Assembly (NCBI GenBank): GCA_964523905.1
Contig: CAZFYQ010000002.1
Span: 66,177-130,176, forward strand
From: an uncultured Gammaproteobacteria bacterium
GTDB taxonomy: Bacteria > Patescibacteriota > Microgenomatia > Daviesbacterales > UBA10151
Length of the DNA: 64,000 nucleotides
Reading direction: 5' to 3'
The notes beneath the pieces were generated by a model. It made no database searches. It had not been told where the DNA came from and saw only the letters and a program-made list of their open reading frames with translations. Shown piece by piece: positions 38,162 through 48,709 of this stretch. A program made the translations under genes and the position numbers. How positions within the stretch are numbered: the stretch's first letter is position 1; every line of letters begins with the position of its first letter.

Positions 38162-39235
38162 TTGAAGGTAGCCATTTATTCTCCATATTTAGATACTTTG
38201 GGTGGGGGAGAGCGCTATATGATGAGTATTGCTGAGGTGCTTTCTAAGCCGGATATCAGAGTGGATGTTTTACTTGACGGCCATTTGTTTAAAATTGGTG
38301 CCGATTATTTAAAAAAGCAGTTAACGAAGCGCTTTGGGCTTAATTTATCAAGGGTTAATTTTCTTGCTGCCCCCATTGGAGGGGGCAGCAATTTTGTTTC
38401 GCGACATTTTTTTTTAAAAACTTATGACGTTTGTTTTTACCTAACTGATGGCAGTATTTTTTATCCTTCCAGCAAGAAGAACTTCTTGCATATTCAGTCT
38501 CCTCTGGTGGGACAACCAGCTAAAAGTACCTGGGGTAAGAAAAAATTGGCCGGATGGGATTTAATTATTTATAACTCCACTTTTACCAAACAAGCTGCAC
38601 AAAATTATTGGCCGATTAAATCAGAAGTAATCTATCCTCCGGTAGATACAGATGTTTTTAAACCATTAAAAAAAGAAAAAATTATTCTTAGTGTTGGCAG
38701 ATTTTTTGGTTTTCTAAAAGATAAAAAGCAGGAAATTTTAATTGATACCTTTATTAAAATACAAAAGCAACATAAGCTAACTGGTTGGAGCTTAGCTTTA
38801 GCCGGTTCTGCTAAAGAAGGAGACCTGGATTATTTAGATAATTTAAAGAAACAGGCCGGAAAATTCGAAGTAAAGTTTTTCCCTAATTTGGAGTATGATG
38901 AATTAATCAATCTCTACGGTAGATCAAGTATTTATTGGCACGGGGCGGGATACCAAGAAACTGATCCAACTAAAATGGAACATTTTGGGATTTCTACAGT
39001 GGAGGCCATGGCAGCTGGAGCTGTACCAGTAGTGATTGGTCTAGGTGGACAAGTAGAAATTGTTGAAAATGGTAAATCAGGACTACTGTGGAATAGTTTG
39101 GATCAGTTAGAGGAGGAGACCTTAAGAGTAGTTGAGGATGAAAAACTTTTTGCTAAATTGTCAAAGGCAGCCATTGAAAGAGCCAAGAATTTTAGTAAGG
39201 AAAAATTTAGAGAGAAAATTCTAAATCTTATATGA
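38162..39235 (+). CDS. GT4 glycosyltransferase
   Basis: GGGERY, NSTFT, YPPVD, LSVGRFF, EHFGISTVEAMAAG.VP. Confidence 0.92.
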   Translation: MKVAIYSPYLDTLGGGERYMMSIAEVLSKPDIRVDVLLDGHLFKIGADYLKKQLTKRFGLNLSRVNFLAAPIGGGSNFVSRHFFLKTYDVCFYLTDGSIFYPSSKKNFLHIQSPLVGQPAKSTWGKKKLAGWDLIIYNSTFTKQAAQNYWPIKSEVIYPPVDTDVFKPLKKEKIILSVGRFFGFLKDKKQEILIDTFIKIQKQHKLTGWSLALAGSAKEGDLDYLDNLKKQAGKFEVKFFPNLEYDELINLYGRSSIYWHGAGYQETDPTKMEHFGISTVEAMAAGAVPVVIGLGGQVEIVENGKSGLLWNSLDQLEEETLRVVEDEKLFAKLSKAAIERAKNFSKEKFREKILNLI

Positions 39236-40371
39236 ACAAAAAACTGTGGATTATTTTAATAATTGGCATTATTTTAAGAATTGTCCTGGCTGTTTCTACT
39301 TATCACCCGGATAGCTTAGCTTTTAAATTAGGAGGACAGTTAGTTGCCAAAGGCTTAATATTAAATCTATATGATTTTTCTGATTCTAATATTGCAGTTT
39401 TAAATTATCCCCCTGTGATTTATTGGTTTCACGGAATTTTTCAACTCTTACTTGCCAGTTTTATTCCGGCAATTTTGGCTGTGAAATTACCATATTTACT
39501 GTTTGATATAGGACTGGCATTTATTCTGCTAAATTTATTTCCCAATCAAAAACAAGGCAATCTAGCTTTTAGTTTATGGATGTTTAATCCGTTAACTTTA
39601 TATGCCAGTTACATGATGGGACAATTTGATGTAATTCCCACTTTTTTTACAGTTCTTTCTATTTATTATATTGCTAAGGGTAAACTGGATGCTGCTGCGC
39701 TGGCCTTGGGCGGAGGAATTGCCTTTAAAATTTATCCGATTTTTTTACTAATCCCACTGATATTTTTAGGAAAAGATTACTGGCAAAAGATCAAACTTCT
39801 TTTCATAGGTATGGCTCCATATCTTTTATCTATTTTGATTTATTTACCATCACACAGTTTTAGAAGTATTGCTTTATTTGCTGCCCAAAGCTCAAAAAGT
39901 TTATATGCGGCCATCCCGGTTTCTGGTGGAGAATCAATCTTACTATTTCCATTGGCTTTACTAGTTTTTTACTTAATTCTTTGGCAAAGAAAAGTCAGTC
40001 TAAATAATTTCTGGAAGATTTATTCAATCCCTTTGTTTTTCTTTTTTATATTCACACATTATCACCCCCAATGGTTAATCTGGATTACTCCGTTTTTAAT
40101 TATTGGTTTAGTAATAGAGTGGAAAGTAACAATTCTTCCAGTGATGATTATTTTGCTTAGTTGGTTAGCATCACTTTTTTTCTTTGACCCTTCATTAACT
40201 TTAGGAATTTTTTCCCCGGTAATTTTTACATCAAAGGATGCTTTAAGTATCTGGAGTTATTTGCATCTTAATCCGGATTACAACTTTTCTCGCAGTGTAA
40301 TACAGACCGTGTTTACTGGTGGTCTACTTTATCTGATATATGAATACTTCCCCCGATTTTCTAATGAATAA
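39232..40371 (+). CDS. GT-C glycosyltransferase (GT87-like), paralog of 32504-33766
   Basis: YHPD, NYPP, KLPYLLFD, WMFNP, GQFDVIP, FKIYP, HPQW..W..P. Confidence 0.72.
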   Translation: MNKKLWIILIIGIILRIVLAVSTYHPDSLAFKLGGQLVAKGLILNLYDFSDSNIAVLNYPPVIYWFHGIFQLLLASFIPAILAVKLPYLLFDIGLAFILLNLFPNQKQGNLAFSLWMFNPLTLYASYMMGQFDVIPTFFTVLSIYYIAKGKLDAAALALGGGIAFKIYPIFLLIPLIFLGKDYWQKIKLLFIGMAPYLLSILIYLPSHSFRSIALFAAQSSKSLYAAIPVSGGESILLFPLALLVFYLILWQRKVSLNNFWKIYSIPLFFFFIFTHYHPQWLIWITPFLIIGLVIEWKVTILPVMIILLSWLASLFFFDPSLTLGIFSPVIFTSKDALSIWSYLHLNPDYNFSRSVIQTVFTGGLLYLIYEYFPRFSNE

Positions 40372-41845
40372 GTTATCGATATTTTTCCTAGTTTTTTTAA
40401 TTGCCGGCTGGTATTTTTTTAGTTACAGAATTACCGATGTACCTCCGGGAATAAATGGAGATGAAGCGGCAATTGGTTACAATGCGGCTCTGGTTTCCAA
40501 AACTGGCCATGATTCATCCGGACGTTTCTTACCATTATTTATTTCAGCCTTTGATTTAACTGATTGGAAGCAACCCGTGACGTTTTATTCAACAGTGTTA
40601 GCATTTAAGTTATTTGGAACCACTTATGAGATGTTAAGGCAAGTTAGTGTGGTTTTTGTATTGATTTCAGCGGCATTAGTGTTTTTTTTGTCTCGAGAAA
40701 TTTTTGGCAAAAAACTTGCCTTTGTTAGTTTAGGACTTTTTCTAACAATTCCTGCCATATTAATTCAATCCCATCTTGCCTTAGAGAATATTGCTCCTGT
40801 GCCAATTACCATTTTGTGGTTACTAATGTTGGTTAAATATCTAAAATCTAGCAAAGCTAGATTTTTGTATTTATCTGGTTTATTTTTAGGCATTGATTTA
40901 TTTACCTATCCAGGACTTCGGATTATTTTTCCGGTTTACTTTTGTTTATCACTAGGGTTAATTTTTTACTTACAAAAAAAGAGGGATTTTAAATATGTAA
41001 TACCAAAATGGTTTAAGTTTGCAGTGGTTGCTTTAATTTTTCCGGCGATTATGTGGTCAGTAAAAAATCAATATCCAGGTGCGATACTTGCTTATAACCG
41101 GCCACATTCTTTGCCTTCTTATCAAAATTTTTTCCTGTCATATATTTCCTCTTATGACCCCTCATTTTTATTTATTAATGGAGATTCCACCCCTTACCAT
41201 TCTACTGGCAAGCAAGGAGTATTTTTACTTTCCACACTACCCTTATTCATCTTAGGACTAATCTGGATTATTCGAAAAAAGGATGTCATGTTATGGTTTG
41301 TCCTACTTGTTTTTTTCTTAAGTCCTCTACTTTATGGATTGGCTGAAACAATACATAGGGGTAGCAGATTGCTCGTGATGTTGCCACCTTATGCTTTAAT
41401 CACAACAGCCGGAGTACTTTCTATAACTCAAATAAAAAAAAGAAAATGGGCAATGACTGTCTTGGGGATTTTAGTTTTATTAATTTCTCTAAATTATTTT
41501 GATTTCTTAAGAGATTATTATTTTGATTATCCTAAACGAGTGGAATCTCAATTTGCCAAGCCTTATCAATTGACCTTTGAAAAGGTTGCTATTTTAGCTA
41601 AAAGTAAGAACCTAAATCCTTATATTTGGCAGGATTTTGGAACTGAAAATAAAATAGCCATCGATTTCTTTAAGCAAGTAATGCCTGGTGATTTAAAAAG
41701 CTGGACTGAGAATGAAGTTATTCCTGCCCACAGTGTTATTATCGTTCCTGAGTATATTTTAAAAAACAGGCAGCAAGTACCCCAAGATAATAGTGGTTAT
41801 GGATTTGGCCTATTAATTAATAACTCTCAAAATGAAATTCGATAA
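40364..41845 (+). CDS. GT-C glycosyltransferase (PMT_2/ArnT-like)
   Basis: PPGINGDEAAIGYNA..V.KTGHD..G.FLP, DWKQP, FLFINGD..PYH; likely start ATG 40364. Confidence 0.85.
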   Translation: MNKLSIFFLVFLIAGWYFFSYRITDVPPGINGDEAAIGYNAALVSKTGHDSSGRFLPLFISAFDLTDWKQPVTFYSTVLAFKLFGTTYEMLRQVSVVFVLISAALVFFLSREIFGKKLAFVSLGLFLTIPAILIQSHLALENIAPVPITILWLLMLVKYLKSSKARFLYLSGLFLGIDLFTYPGLRIIFPVYFCLSLGLIFYLQKKRDFKYVIPKWFKFAVVALIFPAIMWSVKNQYPGAILAYNRPHSLPSYQNFFLSYISSYDPSFLFINGDSTPYHSTGKQGVFLLSTLPLFILGLIWIIRKKDVMLWFVLLVFFLSPLLYGLAETIHRGSRLLVMLPPYALITTAGVLSITQIKKRKWAMTVLGILVLLISLNYFDFLRDYYFDYPKRVESQFAKPYQLTFEKVAILAKSKNLNPYIWQDFGTENKIAIDFFKQVMPGDLKSWTENEVIPAHSVIIVPEYILKNRQQVPQDNSGYGFGLLINNSQNEIR

Positions 41846-43394
41846 ACTACTAATTGCTTTACTATTACTGTCTCTTATTATTAGAGTTTTTCCACTGGGT
41901 TTTCCCAGTTTTACCAGTGATGAAGCCAGAATCGCAGTTCGCGGTCATGTTTTATCAACATTAGGTAAGGATGAACTGGGAAATTCTTTTCCATTATTTT
42001 TTAATTCATCAGCTGACTACCAATTTCCTGTGGTGCCATACCTAACTGCGGTAGGAGAGCTAGTATTTGGTAACAATGACTTTGGAGCTAGAATCCCGTT
42101 TATTTTAATTGGTACTATTTTAGTATTTTTAAGTTACAAAATTGCTGAATCATTTAACAGTGATCAATGGTTTAAGCTAGGCAGTGCATTTATTGTAGCC
42201 ACCAGTCCGGTTTTAATCTTTCTATCCAAAACACCAAATGAAATTATTGTTTTAACCAGTTTTTTTGCGCTGCTTTATTTATTGCTAATCAAACAAAAGA
42301 AATTTTGGATGATTGGTAGCGTGATGTTTTTAACTATACTAACATCCAAATTAGCATTATTTTTTCTAATCCCGTTTACTTGGCTGACTGTATACAAACA
42401 GAACAAAAAGTTAGTAATTCTGTCAGTTATTATTGTAGTTTTAGGGCTATTACTTTTTTTTACCAATGAGCAAGCCAAGAGAAGTTTTATGGAAAATAAT
42501 TTTTCATTGCTCTCTGATGTTACTGTTAAAAACGGTATTGATAAATTAAGGGGTGAGGGGCTTAAAGCCGGTTGGCCAAGTTTTGTTAATTTTATCTTGT
42601 TTAATAAGTCGCACTATTTAATCATTGGGTTTTTGCACTGGGTTTCGTATTTTAGTCCGGCATTATATGTTGGACAATTTGATTCATCAGGACTGGTTAA
42701 TTATTTTTTCCTGGGTGTTTGGGCCAAAATTTTAATTATTCCTTTTATAATTGGCCTGATACAACTGATTAGAAAACAAACTAACTTAAGATTTTTACTA
42801 GGGTATACACTTATTTTTACATTTCCGGCGTTATTTAATTATCCTAAATTTGATCCAGTGCTAATTGTTTTAAGTATTCCGTTTATAGCACTGGTTATTA
42901 CTTTCGGTTTACTAAAATTGAATAAATTATTTGCAATATTTGTTCTTTGTTTAGTAATTCTTGAGTTGTCTGTAAACATCTACAGCTTGACTCCGCAATA
43001 TAAAAATGCTCTAAATTTGCGGCCTAATTGGGTAAAGAGTTTAGTTTTAAGTATTGATCAAACTAGTAAATCAGAAAATACCTATGTGTCTGATGATATT
43101 GTCTCGGATATTGGTCCTTTCATGGAATGGTACACCAACTTTAATCCCAAAGATGGCTTTGAGCAAGTTAAATCGCCTTATAAATTTACTCAGTATAAAA
43201 TTGGTAAAGTTAAACTTTTGGGAGCTGGACAAATATTTACGACCTGCGGCAAAGAGCAGAAGCTGATTATTTATGCCAGTCCCAGGGATTTAAAGAAAAT
43301 AAAAAATGATTTCAAGCCGATAGTGGACGGCACTTTTTCAGACAGCAATGGTCAGATTAGACTATATCGGATTAATAATACCTGTATCAGATGA
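41832..43394 (+). CDS. GT-C glycosyltransferase (divergent PMT_2/ArnT-like)
   Basis: TSDEAR...G.DELG..FP.FF, FGARIPF, SP.LIFLS. Confidence 0.75.
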   Translation: MKFDKLLIALLLLSLIIRVFPLGFPSFTSDEARIAVRGHVLSTLGKDELGNSFPLFFNSSADYQFPVVPYLTAVGELVFGNNDFGARIPFILIGTILVFLSYKIAESFNSDQWFKLGSAFIVATSPVLIFLSKTPNEIIVLTSFFALLYLLLIKQKKFWMIGSVMFLTILTSKLALFFLIPFTWLTVYKQNKKLVILSVIIVVLGLLLFFTNEQAKRSFMENNFSLLSDVTVKNGIDKLRGEGLKAGWPSFVNFILFNKSHYLIIGFLHWVSYFSPALYVGQFDSSGLVNYFFLGVWAKILIIPFIIGLIQLIRKQTNLRFLLGYTLIFTFPALFNYPKFDPVLIVLSIPFIALVITFGLLKLNKLFAIFVLCLVILELSVNIYSLTPQYKNALNLRPNWVKSLVLSIDQTSKSENTYVSDDIVSDIGPFMEWYTNFNPKDGFEQVKSPYKFTQYKIGKVKLLGAGQIFTTCGKEQKLIIYASPRDLKKIKNDFKPIVDGTFSDSNGQIRLYRINNTCIR

Positions 43395-44998
43395 AAAAGA
43401 TTATCTTGTTAGTATTAATAGTTTTACTTAGTGCAGTCTTACGTTTTTGGGATTTAAGCAATTTTCCTATACAGTTGGATCATGATGAAGTAAGCCAGCT
43501 TTATGATACCCGATCAATAGTAGAAACTGGTAAGGATATTTACGGGAATTTTCTACCATTGGCTTTTCCTTCAACAGGGGATTATAAAGTAGGTCACTAT
43601 ATTTATATTTCAACTATCTTTTATCGAATATTTGGCATGAGAGAAGTTACGATTCGATTACCAGCTGCTTTTTTTGGTAGTTTAACCGTACTGGCAGTAT
43701 TTTTATTTGTCTTAGAGCTAACTGGTAATTGGTGGATCGCTTTAGCATCTAGCTTAATGGTAGCCATTACCCCGTCGGAGATTTTTTATTCTCGCAAAAG
43801 TTTTGAAAATGCCATTGGAGTCAGCTTAGATTTCTGGGGATTATTTTTATTGTTAAAGAGCTTAAAATCAAAAAAAACGACCTATTGGCTGCTAGGAGGT
43901 AGTTTGATACTAGCACTGGCAATGTATATTTATACTGCCCAAACAATTATTATTCCGCTATTAATTATTCTTTTTGCCTGGCTTTATCAAGGAAAAGAAA
44001 ATCTTTCTCGGAAAAATATTACTTTTTTAATTCTTTCCGGACTGATATTTATTGCTCCTCTTCTATATATTTCTGCCACTGATGCTGGGATTCGGTTTAG
44101 GGCTAGCTCGGTTTTTATTACTCAAGACCCCGATCTAGGTAGTCTAATTAATCTGACTCAAAATATCATAAAATCGTATCTGGATTTTGGTTTTAACAGA
44201 TACTTAAATCAATTTAACCCAATATACCTTTTTGCCAATGGATTGGATTTAACAGATCAGGGATTAATTGGGTCTGGGCCTTTATTACTTATTCAATTAC
44301 CATTTTTAATTCTGGGGATTCTGTTCCTTTTGCGATCAAAGAACTTAGGTAAGGCCGGTCAGTTGTTACTGGGAATAGTAATAATTGCGATTATTCCATC
44401 GAGCATTACTTTTGAGAAAGTTAGCCCGCATCGGGCAATGCTGGCTTTTTCCACAATGAGTATTATTTCCGGCTTTGGTTTGTACTGGTTTTATAATGTT
44501 TTACAAAAAGTAAAACCACCAGTCAAGTTGATAATTTTGTCGATAATTTCGCTAGCCTTTTTGTTAAACCTAATTTACTTTGTATTCATCTACTCAGTGG
44601 GTTATCCGTTTGAAAAATCGCATAAGCTGCAATATCCATTTAAACAAGTCGCGCAATTTGCCTGGTCTGAGTATCCTAACTTCAGTCAAATTATTTGGGA
44701 TCCCAAGTATGGAGATATTGCTCCAATTGTCGGTGTTGGCACTCATTACTATTTAGCCTATTATGGTAATTATTCACCAGTCCAATTTCAAAAAAAATAT
44801 CATACTGATTTGCGTGGTCAATATTTTGATAAATTTGCAATTCGCAATGTAATATGGGGAGGAGATAAGAATTTGAAAAACACATTATTAATTGTTAGCC
44901 CCTGGAGTGTGCCGGAAAATGAAGTGCCACAGAGTCTAATAATTAAAAAATTCTACTTCTATAATGGACAATTGGCGTTTTATGCCATTAAACTATAG
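43391..44998 (+). CDS. GT-C glycosyltransferase (PMT_2/ArnT-like)
   Basis: LDHDEVSQLYD..SIVETGKDIYG.FLP...GDYK, IRLPAA, SRKSFE, SPHR. Confidence 0.85.
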   Translation: MKKIILLVLIVLLSAVLRFWDLSNFPIQLDHDEVSQLYDTRSIVETGKDIYGNFLPLAFPSTGDYKVGHYIYISTIFYRIFGMREVTIRLPAAFFGSLTVLAVFLFVLELTGNWWIALASSLMVAITPSEIFYSRKSFENAIGVSLDFWGLFLLLKSLKSKKTTYWLLGGSLILALAMYIYTAQTIIIPLLIILFAWLYQGKENLSRKNITFLILSGLIFIAPLLYISATDAGIRFRASSVFITQDPDLGSLINLTQNIIKSYLDFGFNRYLNQFNPIYLFANGLDLTDQGLIGSGPLLLIQLPFLILGILFLLRSKNLGKAGQLLLGIVIIAIIPSSITFEKVSPHRAMLAFSTMSIISGFGLYWFYNVLQKVKPPVKLIILSIISLAFLLNLIYFVFIYSVGYPFEKSHKLQYPFKQVAQFAWSEYPNFSQIIWDPKYGDIAPIVGVGTHYYLAYYGNYSPVQFQKKYHTDLRGQYFDKFAIRNVIWGGDKNLKNTLLIVSPWSVPENEVPQSLIIKKFYFYNGQLAFYAIKL

Positions 44999-46654
44999 AT
45001 GATGAAATATAAGATTTACTTATCACTATTTTTGATTGTTATTGCTGCTTTCGCGCTTCGTTTTTACAAAGTAACTGAAATACCGCCTGCATTAAACTGG
45101 GATGAGGTGTCGATTGGTTATAATGCTTATTCAATTTTAAAAACCGGTAAAGATGAATGGGGGCAATTTCTTCCTGTTCATTTTAAAGCTTATGGCGAAT
45201 ATAAATTACCAGTGCAAATTTATGCTTCAATTCCGGCAATTGCCATATTTGGCTTAAACGAATTGGGTGTCAGAATTACCCCGGTGGTTTATGGAACTCT
45301 GACTGTGCTGATAACATTTTTTCTGGCAAGAGCTTTATTTCAAAGTGAGCTGCTAGGTCTAATCGCCGCTTTTTTACTAGCAATTTCTCCTTGGCATATT
45401 CAACTTACCCGAGCATCTTTTGAAAGTTCATTTTCTGTATTTTGGGTGGAGCTGGGGATATGGTTTCTAATTAAAGGGTTTTCTAATAAACGTTGGTTAA
45501 TTTTTTCGATGATACCATTTGCAATTTCGACATTTACCTATAATAGCACCCTGATATTTACTCCACTTTTTCTTTTTGTGATTTTGCTGGTGTTTCATAA
45601 GACCTTTATCAAAATGAAAAGAACAATTTTAATAGCGGCGATTATTTTTATGATTTTACTGCTTCCCGAAACCCCCTATTTATTAAGCGGCAATAGGAGC
45701 TCTCGGTATAAGCTGGTTAGTATTAGTGATGATGCCGGTCTGATACCCAGAATTAATCAAAACAGAGGAAACTCAAAGTTGCCACAACCCTTGCCAAGAC
45801 TGGTTCATAACAAGATAACTTATATTGCTTTTTATTTTACTGAAAATTATCTGGCGCATTTTACACCGCAATTTTTATTTATTAGTGGGGCACCTCATAA
45901 ACAGCACAATGTGCAAAATATGGGTGAATTATATTTATTCCAGGCACCTTTTTTGCTGCTAGGACTTTATCTGTTGTTTAAACGAAAAAATCGTCACCGC
46001 TATCTGCTGCTTTCCTGGATCTTACTGGTGAATGTTCCGGTGGCAACTACTAATGATAGTATCCCCAATGCCTTAAGAACTGCCATTGCCAACCCTTTTT
46101 ATCAACTAATTACTGCTCTGGGAATTTTGGAAATGATTAATTGGCTTAGAAATAAAAATATCTCTTTAAAAATTGGTGCTTTGGTGGTTTCGATTGTAAT
46201 TTTGGCTGTTAGCTTAAATTATTATTTCTATCAATATTATGTTGTTTATCCAGCAAGTTTCTCTAGGGATTGGCAGTATGGTTATAAACAAGTAGTAGAT
46301 TATATTGGTCAGCACCAAAATGACTACGATCTAGTGGTATTTAGCAGATACTACGGTGAGCCACATATGTTTACTCTATTTTTCTTAAACTATGATCCAG
46401 CTAAATACCAAAATAATCCCAATTTAGACCGCTTTGAAACATTTAATTGGGTGTGGGTACTCAAATTTGATAAATACTATTTTCCTGACCTAGGAGATCC
46501 TGGTACTCACTATGCCGATATTATTAAACAAAATCCTGGTAAAAAAATCTTATTTATCGGTAAACCAGGAGATTTCCCAGCTGATAAGCAAAAGCTGTTA
46601 ACGGTTGATTTCTTAAATGGAAATGAAGCCTTTGAGATAGTAGATTCTAAATAA
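44999..46654 (+). CDS. GT-C glycosyltransferase (PMT_2/ArnT-like)
   Basis: PPALNWDEVSIGYNAYSILKTGKDEWG.FLP..F.AYGEYKLP, ISPWH..TRASFE, PNALR, DWQYGYK. Confidence 0.88.
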   Translation: MMKYKIYLSLFLIVIAAFALRFYKVTEIPPALNWDEVSIGYNAYSILKTGKDEWGQFLPVHFKAYGEYKLPVQIYASIPAIAIFGLNELGVRITPVVYGTLTVLITFFLARALFQSELLGLIAAFLLAISPWHIQLTRASFESSFSVFWVELGIWFLIKGFSNKRWLIFSMIPFAISTFTYNSTLIFTPLFLFVILLVFHKTFIKMKRTILIAAIIFMILLLPETPYLLSGNRSSRYKLVSISDDAGLIPRINQNRGNSKLPQPLPRLVHNKITYIAFYFTENYLAHFTPQFLFISGAPHKQHNVQNMGELYLFQAPFLLLGLYLLFKRKNRHRYLLLSWILLVNVPVATTNDSIPNALRTAIANPFYQLITALGILEMINWLRNKNISLKIGALVVSIVILAVSLNYYFYQYYVVYPASFSRDWQYGYKQVVDYIGQHQNDYDLVVFSRYYGEPHMFTLFFLNYDPAKYQNNPNLDRFETFNWVWVLKFDKYYFPDLGDPGTHYADIIKQNPGKKILFIGKPGDFPADKQKLLTVDFLNGNEAFEIVDSK

Positions 46655-46655
46655 G

Positions 46656-47282
46656 ATGAAAATTTACGATGTGACAATGCCAATTTCAGAAGAAATGCTG
46701 GTTTGGCGAGGTGATGACCCTGTCTCTATTAAAGCAGTAGCAAGTGTTAAAGAAGACGGTGTAGCTGTATCCCAGCTTACCTTAAGTAGTCATACCGGCA
46801 CTCATGTAGATGCACCCAGTCATTTTCTAGAAAATAGTACCGGAGTTGACATTATTGATCCGGAAAAATTAATAGGGGACTGCATTGTGGTTGATTTAAC
46901 AGATATTGATCACCAGGAGATTACTGTTAAAGATCTGGAAAGCATTGATCTTACCTGTTTACGAGTTGTATTTAAAACCGGTAATTTTAAGTACTTAAAA
47001 CAAAATACTTTTCCTGATAAATATATCTCATTATCTGTTGAAGGAGCTAAATATCTAGTGGATAAAGGAATAGTTTTAGTAGGAACGGATTTTTTGGGAA
47101 TAGAAAAAGAGAAAAACCCTGGGCATCCTGTACATACAACACTGCTGGAGGCTGGAATTGTCAATGTTGAAGGATTAGACTTAAGCGAAGTGCCTGCTGG
47201 AGAGTATCAAATTATTTGTGCACCTCTTAAAATCAAAGACTGTGACGGCGCCCCATCCCGGGTCTTTTTAATTAAGAATTAA
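46656..47282 (+). CDS. Cyclase family / kynurenine formamidase-like metal-dependent amidohydrolase
   Basis: SHTGTHVDAPSH (HxGTHxDxPxH), VGTD.LGIE, HPVH..LL, NVEGLDL, PLKI...DGAP.R. Confidence 0.92.
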   Translation: MKIYDVTMPISEEMLVWRGDDPVSIKAVASVKEDGVAVSQLTLSSHTGTHVDAPSHFLENSTGVDIIDPEKLIGDCIVVDLTDIDHQEITVKDLESIDLTCLRVVFKTGNFKYLKQNTFPDKYISLSVEGAKYLVDKGIVLVGTDFLGIEKEKNPGHPVHTTLLEAGIVNVEGLDLSEVPAGEYQIICAPLKIKDCDGAPSRVFLIKN

Positions 47283-47308
47283 CCAGATCTTCATGCTATG
47301 ATTATGTT

Positions 47309-48709
47309 ATGGCTAAATCATGGCTATTTAGTACCAAAGGAATACTGGTTTTAATATGCGCGCTGTTTCTTTTTACCAGGCTGTATAAAATCGCTGAAAT
47401 TCCAGTTTCTGTGTACTGGGACGAGGCTTCCATTGGCTATAACGCCTATGCTATTTCTACTGATTTAAAGGATGAATGGGGCAAGATGTTACCAATCCAT
47501 TTTAGGGCCTTTGGCGAGTTTAAACTGCCGGTTTACATCTATTCAGTAGTGCCAGTTGTTAAGACATTTGGCTTAAATGCTTTTTCCGTTCGGTTTCCGG
47601 CAGTACTTTATTCCTTGGGATCAGTAATTTTAACTTTCTTTTTAGTTCGTAAACTTACTGCGAGTGAGGCAATTGGGCTATGGAGTAGTTTTTTACTTGG
47701 TATTTCTCCCTGGTTTTTTATTTTTTCCCGGACCGGCTATGAAGTTACAGCAGGATTGACGTTTTACCTACTGGGAATACTATTTTTCTTAAATATTAAG
47801 AAAAAAAACCGCTTTTTTCTATTTTCCACCGTTAGTTTTATTTTAAGTGCCTATAGTTATAATAGTTTTAGAATAATTGCCCCGCTGACGGTGAGCAGTC
47901 TATTTCTATTCAACTTAAATTATTTAAAACAACTATTGGCCAAGGGGAAATTATATTTGCTTCTCGCTATTATCTTAGTTATTGCTGCTATTATCCCAAT
48001 TTACAGGTTATATAAATATGATGCTGGAGGTGTACGACTTTCGACAATTGGTGGTGAATCTACGCAGCAAATGGTAAAAAATTATCTGTCTCATTTTAAT
48101 CCGCAATTTCTTTTTATTCAGGGGGATAAAAACCTAAGGTCCCAGCAAGCTAATTTTGGTCAGTTGTTCTTTCCGGATCTAGTTTTATTGCCTTTAGGTC
48201 TGGTGTATTTACTAAGGTCAAGAATAAAATACAAATGGTTAATATTTTCTCTAATCTTACTTGGCCCAATTCCAGCAGCAATTACTAAAGAATCGCCCCA
48301 TGCCTTGCGGTCTCTGTCCATGGTACCTTTTTTGCATTTAGTTTCCGCCTGCGGGATCCTTTATTTGATGCAAATCTCTAGTAAAAGGCTGAGCGCTTTC
48401 CTTTTCATCAGTTTGTTTTTAGTATTATTTGGCAATTATTTTTACAACTTCTTAACTGTCTATCCCAAGCAGTCCGCCAAAGATTGGCAATACTCATATA
48501 AACAGATTTTTACAGGATCGTTAAAGCCGTACGAACAAAATGGTAAGTTTGTTATTTCTGACAAAGAAGCTCAGCCATATATTTTTGGTTTGTTTTATTT
48601 AAAATACAATCCGGTTCAATTTCGTCAAGAGGTAGTGCGTAATCCAGTTAATAATTGGGGATTTTCCACAGTAAAAGAATTTGGCAATTTTCAATTTACA
48701 AATCAATGA
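47309..48709 (+). CDS. GT-C glycosyltransferase (PMT_2/ArnT-like)
   Basis: VYWDEASIGYNAY.I..D.KDEWG..LP..FRAFGEFKLP, SPW..FSR..YE, PHALRS, DWQY.YK. Confidence 0.88.
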   Translation: MAKSWLFSTKGILVLICALFLFTRLYKIAEIPVSVYWDEASIGYNAYAISTDLKDEWGKMLPIHFRAFGEFKLPVYIYSVVPVVKTFGLNAFSVRFPAVLYSLGSVILTFFLVRKLTASEAIGLWSSFLLGISPWFFIFSRTGYEVTAGLTFYLLGILFFLNIKKKNRFFLFSTVSFILSAYSYNSFRIIAPLTVSSLFLFNLNYLKQLLAKGKLYLLLAIILVIAAIIPIYRLYKYDAGGVRLSTIGGESTQQMVKNYLSHFNPQFLFIQGDKNLRSQQANFGQLFFPDLVLLPLGLVYLLRSRIKYKWLIFSLILLGPIPAAITKESPHALRSLSMVPFLHLVSACGILYLMQISSKRLSAFLFISLFLVLFGNYFYNFLTVYPKQSAKDWQYSYKQIFTGSLKPYEQNGKFVISDKEAQPYIFGLFYLKYNPVQFRQEVVRNPVNNWGFSTVKEFGNFQFTNQ

